Source: Octopus sinensis (taxonomy: Eukaryota). From it: DNA of 64,000 bases. Below the pieces are notes generated by a model. That model ran no database searches. It had not been told where the DNA came from and saw only the letters and a program-made list of their open reading frames with translations. How positions within the stretch are numbered: position 1 is the stretch's first letter; each line of letters starts with the position of its first letter. The position numbers and the translations under genes are program-made. Below, piece by piece: positions 53,880-64,000 of this stretch. The stretch lies in the NCBI RefSeq assembly GCF_006345805.1, contig NC_043008.1, positions 38,750,001 to 38,814,000 on the forward strand. The letters are read 5' to 3'.

Positions 53880-54484
53880 AGGCGGCGAGCTGGCAGAAGC
53901 GTTAGCACGCCGGGCGAAATGCTTAGCGGTATTTCGTCTGTCGTTACGTTCTGAGTTCGAATTCCGCCGAGATCGACTTTGCCTTTCATCCTTTCAGGGT
54001 CGATTAAATAAGTACCAGTTACGCACTGGGGTCGATATAATAGACTTAATCCGTTTGTCTGCCCTTGTTTGTCCTCTCTGTGTTTAACCCCTTGTGGGTA
54101 GTAAAGAAATAGGTGTTTCCTCTGCCATTACGTTCTGAGTTCAAATTCCGCCGAGGTCAACTTTGCCTTTCATCTTTTCGGGGTCGATAAATTAAGTACC
54201 AGTTACGCACTGAGGTCGATGTAATCGACTTAATCCGTTTCTCTGTCCTTGTTTGTCCTCTCTATGTTTAGCCCCATGTGGGTAATAAAGAAACAGGTAT
54301 TTCGTCTGTCGTTACGTTCTGAGTTCAAATTCCGCCGAGGTCGACTCTGCCTTTCATCCTTTCGGGGTTGATTAAATAAGTACCAGTTACGCACTGGAGT
54401 CTATATAATCGACTTAATCTATTTGTCTGTCCTTGTTTGTCCCCTCTGTGTGTAGCCCATTGTGGACAGTGAAGAAATAAGAAA
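53880..54484 (+). mobile_element. SINE family A trimer
   Basis: Full unit plus two ~185-bp units restarting at ggt(a/g)tttc(g/c)tctg (about 54112 and 54296). Confidence 0.85.
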
Positions 54485-55180
54485 TGTTTGTGTTTAGTCG
54501 TTTTTAAATTTGTACACACACACACACATACACACTCACACACACACATATTTGCTGAATGCCTTTTGAAATCTTTACACTTTTTAAGAGGCAGCAACTT
54601 GAGAAAAGAAGGAAGAGGTCCTGTCACCAGCAGACATAGCAGTACTAGTTTAAATAACATAAACAAGAACTCTCACAAAGTATTTTCATACTAAAATCTA
54701 ATGAATTTATAAAATTGATATTAAAAAATTAAACAGACAGTACAAAATAGAAGACACAAGAAGCCATAGAGCTGCGAACATTAATTAGATTGCCAAAAAA
54801 ATAATGAATAGTACGAACACGATTGTCAACGACATCATTTCATTTTTTAGAAACGCTATGTAACACAGGCAGAATTTATACTCTGTTATTTTTGTTGTTG
54901 AATTTTTTTTTTGACGAATTTACACAGGTAAGATTGAGGAGGAAGATTATATATGTTAACGATTTAAATAAAGGTGGAGTTTGATATTGCATTGAAGCGA
55001 GACTTCGATGAAATGCTGGACGATGAGCGGAAGGATATGTGTCTCGTGAACCGGGATGCATGTAATTTTATTTGAGATTGGAAATCAGGTGAGTAGATGC
55101 ATAGAAGTGGTGTACTACACGTCTGTCTCCTGGCTCGTATGACAGGTTCCAGGCAAGAAATATTAGAATAGTTATTGACA

Positions 55181-55326
55181 GTTCTATATTTAAGAGATGA
55201 GGAGTTGCGTACATTATTTACATTATTTACATTATTTACATTTGACGGATATTTGTCCTCATCTGGCGTAGTGGTTGAGAGCGCAGGCTACTAACCCCAA
55301 AATTCCGACTTCGATCGCTGCAGTGA

Positions 55327-55386
<60 letters not shown>

Positions 55387-55864
55387 GGTATAAAAGATGG
55401 GCTACAGCAAATATTCTGCTCAATACCACAGATTTGCTTGTCAGTGTTTGACCTTAACCAGTTGAGCATGTCCCTTAGTGGCTGACGATATGTGCATCTC
55501 TGATCACGAGCAGAAGTAGTGTGGGGGAGCATCATAGCATGTGTTGAGAGGGATTCTTTGGGGTTTGAATAATTCACCTCTGGAAACATGGGTGGTTCTT
55601 TCAACATCCTTAAACAACCCTTATTCAGGGACCGTTTGAGGATGGGCTACTCAACCTGAAGAAAATCCTAACTGGGCCCCACCTGCAAAGTCATGTGCTG
55701 TTTATCTTGATATGAGATCACAATATCGCGCACATATGGTTGTGATGCATGTGCCTGGTGTACCCTTATCAGACGGGTAGTCATGATGGGTATATTGGGC
55801 TTCGTATATATTACCCCAGTGTCACTCAATAATAATAATAGTGATAATAATAATAATAATAATA

Positions 55865-55906
<42 letters not shown>

Positions 55907-56059
55907 ATAACATCGAAAAATACCTTAGGAATGAGAACCCAGGTTCGAAATTTCCTCAAGACACCTGATGAAGGCTGGAGGTATATCAGCGGAAACGTCG
56001 TGTTAACAACAAACAAGATGAGGACAAATATCCGTCAAATGTAAATAATGTAAATAAAG
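55181..56059 (+). mobile_element. tRNA-headed, HHR-tailed retroelement with inverted 5' tail, 12-bp TSD and a nested family E repeat
   Basis: tagttattgaca at 55169-55180 and 56060-56071; inverted tail to 55263; head TGGCGTAGTGGTTGAGAGCG..ACTTCGATCG..GTGACCTG 55264-55330; (AAT)n; HHR 55960-56004. Confidence 0.75.
55960..56004 (+). ncRNA. Minimal type I hammerhead ribozyme
   Basis: GACAC CTGATGA a GGCTG gaggtatat CAGCG GAAA C GTC GTGTT; GUC triplet; first stem II pair mismatched. Confidence 0.65.
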
Positions 56060-56329
56060 TAGTTATTGACACTTGACTTGCCCTCACATTTGAACAAAAG
56101 TACAAACATATATTGAATGCGAAAGAGGCACCGAAAAAGTACCATCACTACCACCAGCTATGTTTCCTTCTCGAGCCATGCCAAGCTCATAAGGGCCGGT
56201 TTCCCGGTTTCAGTGACGTATAAATCCACCACCGGGACTGGACGCCGGTCCGTCGCAATTACTCATTTTTGCCAGCTGAGTGGACTGGAGCAACGTTAAA
56301 TGTAGTGTTTTAGTAGCACTAGCTATAAC

Positions 56330-57100
56330 GACAGCAAATTATTCTTTGAAGCATTGTATGGTTACATAGAGATCTTGGACAGGCTTAGATGAAGTATGTT
56401 GCAAAATACAAGGCTTAGTTTCCTGAAGAATTTATTCAGGAAAGGCCAAAGTTGAAGTTGATTTGATACATCACTGCTTTTTAAAATACAAATTAAGGTA
56501 ATTTTTCTCCTTCGAAAGAAGAAGTATAGTAATTTCGGACCAATATGTGGAAGATTTTATGTTCCATTGACCAGGATAGAGCAAATGAACGTGTGTGTCT
56601 GGTTTTAAGACCAAAAGAATCCGTTGTTGAGGCAAGCAAACAGAAATAGCTGCTCTAACAGTCCACCAACAATCAGTGAACCTATTACAGAAAACATAGT
56701 CCAAGATTATCGATCTTATAATCCAACGGGGTGATATTTAATTATGTTATTCCATGTAACAATGGTGATCAAACCGGAAAGGACCTCTTTTTTAACCAAG
56801 CTGAAAGAACAAACTACATCACTTCGGGAAATATTGAACTAAACAAAGAAAGAAATATTTGATTATAACTCCCCACAGAATCTTCCTTAGATTGATTAGT
56901 TTGCAAAATTTCTGTTAAGGCCAGGCATAATTATGCGTGTAACACAAGATTACAAATCTCTAACCAAAACCCCAAATTGCTAAACAACACAAAAACAGCT
57001 CGACTAGAAATCAATTGAAAAGAAATGACAATGTGACTTTCGGCTAGAAAATGCCTGTCAAAAGAAATAATATGCCGAGGAGAGAAGTTGTATATGGCAC
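56330..57100 (+). pseudogene. Possible highly decayed Penelope GIY-YIG endonuclease region
   Basis: FPEEFIQE..; SNGVIFNYVIPCNNGDQTGKDL / LTKLKEQ resembles GVVYKIPC..YIGQTGR.L..RLKEH; many stops. Confidence 0.35.
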
Positions 57101-58122
57101 AGACGTACATCAGATTAAACGGCAATACCTTTACACTTTCATACACAGAACAAGTCAATTCGTTTAGGTTCAAAAATGGGTATAATGACACAGTTTTGAA
57201 ATAAATTTCGTTTTCTAAAAGATAAAGAAGATAAAAACCACGCACGATAAAATGATGCATTGTTGTAAAAGTACGATGAAATAGATTTTATTTCATAAGC
57301 TAAAATAGGCAAGGCAAATGTAGCAATCGATACACCGCACAGTCAATACATACATCAAATTAACCGACAATACTTTTAAACGTTCATATACATAACAACC
57401 TTTTGATTTGGTTCAAAAATAAACGTAATACTTTCGATATTCCTTTCGTCTTTAAGAAATAGAGGAATAAAGAAACCCGCGATAAAGTGGGGGTATTGTT
57501 GCAAAAGCAATGACATTCAAAAGCTCCAAAGTAGCCACTGTTAGCTATGGGAAACTGAAAATTTCAATATCCTAATTCTGCTCGACCATAGGGTTAAACA
57601 AGAGGGAAGAAACCATCTCCCTGTGCCTTAATCTGAAGAAACACCAGCTAAGCTTTCAGATGAGTACGAATGCAGAATAACTGAAGCTGCAGACCATATC
57701 ATAAGGTAGCAATAAATCACACAATTAAAACCAAGCTGAAATTTAAGATAAACGTTGAATCCTTCTAACTAATCAGATACATCTCACAATATAATACGAG
57801 TTTCCGATAAACGGAAAGTACAGGAGGCCTAGAAAGATATTCAAATTAAACGTCAGTTTTTGGAACCAAGTCAAGTACAAAAGATTGAAATTATTGCACT
57901 TAAGAAAAACAAATCTTTTCAGTTACGAATTACTGTCCTTTATATGTGTGGTTCACACTCAGGCAATTAGTGAAAAATGGAAGTTCCGATGCCATCATGA
58001 ATTAATCGAAGAAATTTAAATTTAAAGTAGAAGACATCAGCTGAAGAAATATAATAATACCTACATCTTGTATTGAGTACTTTTTATTTTCTCGCCCCTC
58101 ATATACATACACGCCCTCTTAC

Positions 58123-58156
<34 letters not shown>

Positions 58157-60624
58157 TCCAACTAAGGTTATCTTACAATTTTATCGCTGACAGTTTACTG
58201 TGATGATAAAGAAACATACACTTAGTAAAACAAAAGTAATTTTTAAAAATAAAGACAGCATTGAGGAGAAAAAGAGTCCATTCGAAGTAATTTCACTTTA
58301 AAGGAAGTGTTTCTTTCCACCAATACTAAAATATCTGTTTTTAAAGTCGAAAAGATCACAGATCTTTCCACATGTTTAACTTTTTGACAATTTTTTTTCT
58401 TAAATATCTCTTTAACAAATTTCATTTTTTTTTCTTCTAGAAGTATTTGTTTTGAGTTGCAGAGACAGCAAAATACTAAAATATTATCACGTCACACTGT
58501 AAAATTTGTTTGCTTGCGTTTATATCTCATACTTCATTTTATCCGTTAATGTCTTAAATTAATTTATTTCCTCGGCGGAATCTTAATTCACATTTTAGTT
58601 TTTAATTCTATTTTGGTCAAATGAATTATTAAACACCAATCCATGTATCTGAAGAGCCGCGAGGTTCCAGACAAAACATGATGAAACATTAAATTCTCTA
58701 CTGAGCATGCTTGCAAACTGATTTTTACCGGTGTTGTTATAATATTAAATTTTTTGAAACGTACTAAAGCGGCATTTTGACACCGAATTTTTTGGCATGT
58801 CAGCAAAAACAAATTAATTGCATCTCCGTCAGTATTTCCAGCTATGGGTGTCAAATTGTCCGATCATTGAATTAGTATATGAGTAGCTGAATATTCCATA
58901 GATATGTATACCCTTAATGGGATTCTCAAGGAAATTCAACACAAGGCTTACATTACAATTACATCCGACGGTTTATTAAAAATAAACAATAGTCACAAAA
59001 GCTTGATTCAATGTATATCAGTGGCTGCTATCTCTAGCTTCCCGCGTTTGTCAAGTAAGTCTGAAATCCCAAGATCTGTCAATCGCAGTGGTGATATTCC
59101 GCTAGCGATATAAACATGTGTGTTTATAAGCAAAGTAAATTCTTGTGAGAGGTTCTCTCATATAACAATGCAGTTTTCGTGTTCTAACACAACAGCCACT
59201 TTTAGGTGGGCAACAGGAGTAAATATTACCTTTTGGCAAAAAATACTGCTTCTCTCACTATTATGTGAGACGGCTTCTATATAATTTCCGTCGACCCAAT
59301 TTCACTTGTAATTTATAGGCACCCGAGGCTACAGAAAATAATTTTTGATCCCAAATGCTATGCAGCGGAATCGAAAACAGGACTTTTCAATTGTGATGCA
59401 AACTCCTTCACTATACGTACATTGTGCAAAGAAAACTCAATAAACACAGATTACAATAACACTAAAAATCTGCCTGCTGTTTCGTTGACTTGCACAACAA
59501 CGTTTAATTTGTTCGGTAATAGAGCAGATACGTTTGGGTGGTTCAAAGACCTTCGCTTCGAGATCATATCGTTTAGGGTCGACCTTACAGCAATGAAAGA
59601 GGCAAATATCTTTCACCCATAAGCCTTGTGTCAACCCAACATATATTAGTCAAATCTCGTTGATAGTAATTATGCTTCTGTAATTATTCTATGGAATAAA
59701 CCGCGCCTGTTTCTAGAGCGCTTGTTTTACTAATATAGGTAGCTTTGCTTGATTTAGTGAAGACTGTCATGCTAGAAGAAACTGGCCCAGATTTCCGCTT
59801 TGAGAATATATGTCTAAGATTTTGCCCCAAAATTCAGCGAGATCTTACCAAATTTCAAAGAGGTGTTTCTCTTCTTGTAACAACGTAATTTTAATAGGAG
59901 TCAAATAAAGAAAAATATCTAGACTTGATAAAGATTTATCGAGTTATTTCTCAACTGTTTACCGATACGAAAATCAGAGATAAACTTGACCAATTTTCGT
60001 CTTACTTATTTATATTCTTTTACGAATTTCAGTCGTTGACCCTGTTCATACTGGAGCACTCGACTGGAGATTTTCTCAAGCAAATCCATTGCCAGTAGTT
60101 ACAAAGATTGGAGTCTAGTACGTATTAAATCTGACACTTAGGTCAACAACTAAATTACTGATATATAAACAAACCACCATCGTCTGTGAAGTATTATGTG
60201 GACAAAGACATACACACATATACACATATATATATATGTATATGCATGTATGTGTGTATGTATATATATATACATATATACATATATACATATATATATA
60301 CATACACACATTTATATATATACACGCATATATACATATACATGTATATATACATATATACATGTACATGTATATATATACACATATAAATAATTCTATT
60401 TGTTTATGCAGCTGAAGATAGCCCTGTATTTAAATTGATGTAATGATTGCATTGTTCAATTAAATGGTATCGCTTGAAACGGTCGTACAGCATCACCCCT
60501 TAATATCCTGTTGCTGATTTTGATTTTATTCACCTTACTCTGAGTTGTACGGACAATACCACACTGACCAGATGCCTCAGGTAAAGTACCTAATTCAACT
60601 GAATCTCAATTATTTCTACACACA

Positions 60625-60695
<71 letters not shown>

Positions 60696-61019
60696 GGGTA
60701 TAACCTATATAAGATTTTATCAAGTACCCAACGTGCAAAACCAATGAAGGAAAAAATTAACACAAATGCTACTTGTCAGTATAACTATTGTGTTGATCTC
60801 TTACAGAGATTTCAGAACTAGCATTTTTGTTTGTTGCAAAATCAGCGATGGTGTGTTCGCACAGTTTCCTTCAACAGAATTGACTCACGAGGAAATGGGC
60901 AGCTCGGGAGGTTGTAGTCCTCCTTGGTATATTCGAAATTAGTAATCATCCTTGGGTAAGCGTGTTTAAGTTGGACGTACAGTGGGACTAAACTCACAAA
61001 CACGTAGATGTGATGGAAA

Positions 61020-61194
61020 TGTAGTGACCCCTGGCGGTCAAGCAGGAAGGCAAAACAAAAAAAGGAATCTAACGAGAGTAATCTCCCTCGATCTTCTAGA
61101 ATATTCGAGAATTTTCGAAGACGTCGAGGGAGATTACTCTCGTTAGATCCCTTTTTCGTTTTGCTTTGCTGCTTGACCGCCAGGTGTCACTACA
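61020..61194. repeat. Long fold-back hairpin / MITE
   Basis: 25-bp perfect arms 61067-61091 and 61124-61148, imperfectly extended to tgtagtgac/gtcactaca. Confidence 0.85.
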
Positions 61195-61469
61195 GAAGCT
61201 TGTTAATCAAGCAGTGTGCCCGCGAATATGCTTGATTAAATTTTAACATTAAGTATCATATAAGTTCATTTTCTATTCCTCTTTTAGTTTGATTCATAAC
61301 ATTTGTTATCGACAAACATATTTTCAACATCAGGTGTACATTGTAAAATAATAAGGAAGGTTATTAACCGTTAGTTGCAGATCTGGAAATAGTTTTATAT
61401 AAAGCAAAGAAGTTTTAATAAGAATGTCTAGCTAGTAGCCGTTGTATTCAATTTGCTATGGGCAAGTGT

Positions 61470-61666
61470 GCGTAAGCTATCAAAGAAAGACGTTCAAAAT
61501 TTTATCTTTGACTAAAATAATATATATATATATATATTATACATGTAGATGTATGTATATGGTGCAATGTGTATGAGTGTGCGTGTTCGCACGTACAGAC
61601 ATACACCAAAAAACTTTATTTTAGTCAAAGATAAAATTTCGAACGTCTATCTTTGATAGCTTACGC
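61470..61666. repeat. ~50-bp inverted repeat enclosing microsatellite-like DNA
   Basis: gcgtaagctatcaaagaaagacgttcaaaattttatctttgactaaaata (61470-61519) versus its reverse complement at 61617-61666, 2-3 mismatches. Confidence 0.8.
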
Positions 61667-62921
<1,255 letters not shown>

Positions 62922-63360
62922 AATTGGCTGTGAGTACACATTAGTGACAAGACCCAGAAGAGGCTGAAATAAGTCTAGAGCTTTTGATAGCAGCTGCTGG
63001 GGCCAATCTTCCCTCTCCCTTTGATATATATTGTGTCTTCTAACACCGTACGTATGTAAGAAATTTCATTTCAGAAGGAAATCACTCTTTCTTGCCTGTC
63101 ACCTCTTTATATAAATTTATTGTCATACACAGATAGCTATTTTAACTTAATATTATTTCAATTGCATGCACGAGATTTTCATGTTAATTAGGTTTTTAAT
63201 TAACAAAACTCCACATATAGTTAATGTTGAATGAGACGTCTGAAAGAACGTTCATATTATGTGCATCGGATCGAGACAGAAAGACAAAATGTTTAACATT
63301 AACACTTAGCGTATTTAAAGAGCTTTCATTTCCAGTAGCAATTTTATTGTAGCAGATGTA

Positions 63361-64000
63361 TCCGGCTAAGTAAAAAAGGAAGCAACGTTTTGAAACATGA
63401 ATTTCATCACAATATATTTCAACAATGCGGAACTTTTATTCATCAAAGTAAGTACCATTAGGATCAACGCATTTATGCCAACGAGTTACAAGTTTGTTTA
63501 TTCCGGAAACATAAAAATCGGGAGTTCGGGAACTGATGAACTCTTTGAACGCACTTTCAACATCAGTTTGATTTTTGAGCTTCTTCTCTCGCAGGAAACC
63601 GTCAAGGTACTTGAAGAAGTGGTAGTCGGTAGAAGAAAGGTCTGGGGAATAAGCTGGGTGCGGAAGAACTCCACAGCCAATTCTGTCAACTTTAGGAGTG
63701 TCATTAGTGAAATGTGTGGTCGAGCATTGTCATTTAAGAATGATTGGCCTTTTTTTGTTGACCTGTCTGGGACAGATGAATAGCAGTTTATCGTTCATTT
63801 TGGCAATTTCATTGCAACATGTAATGGTTTTTCCAGGTTTTAAGAAGTTATAGTGGTTAAGTCCTTTTGAAGGGCTCGGGTCTAGAGAAATTTTCTGATG
63901 CTTCATTTTGGTCTAACCACTGTGACGAACGTTTTTTTGTTATTGTACAGAGCCCACTTTTCATCGCAAGTTACAATACGATGGAGAAATGGATCGGTCT
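63361..64000 (-). pseudogene. mariner (DD34D, Hsmar1/SETMAR-like) element remnant, runs off the window end
   Basis: DPFLHRIVTCDEKWALYNN; NDNARPH; HPAYSPDLSSTDYHFFKYLDGFL; GINKLVTRWHKCVDPNGTYFDE* (stop 63436-63438); TA at 63359-63360 next to the presumed TIR. Confidence 0.92.

Noticed and set aside
60795-60960. Plus-strand exon candidate (cttacag ... TGG|gtaagc)
   Set aside because: Stop codons in the frames examined, and the opposite strand to the other exon candidates.

Overview
AT-rich, microsatellite-saturated animal genomic DNA with one 100-N gap (36619-36718). The SINE families and the (TA)n/(CA)n/(TAGA)n/(AAT)n load point to a coleoid cephalopod, probably Octopus (inference, not a database match). 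There is no intact long ORF: nearly all ORFs in the track are microsatellite read-throughs or decayed transposon pieces (Tc1, two mariners, pogo/Tigger, an RTE reverse transcriptase, Penelope GIY-YIG ends). Four small minus-strand exon candidates (9, 46, 51 and 78 nt) suggest the window is mostly intron of a large unidentified gene. One has branch point + polypyrimidine tract + CAG|GTAAGT, the architecture of a recursive splice site, and another is a 9-nt microexon candidate with an upstream UGC. The main unexplained structure is a set of at least five distinct repeat families carrying type I hammerhead ribozyme (HHR) motifs (CUGANGA / stem II / GAAA / NUH). They sit in head-inverted arrangements typical of Penelope-like elements. 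One is a tRNA-headed SINE-like unit with an HHR tail and 10-12 bp target-site duplications; another lies downstream of a Penelope GIY-YIG C-terminus. All calls were read by eye and interspersed-repeat boundaries are approximate.
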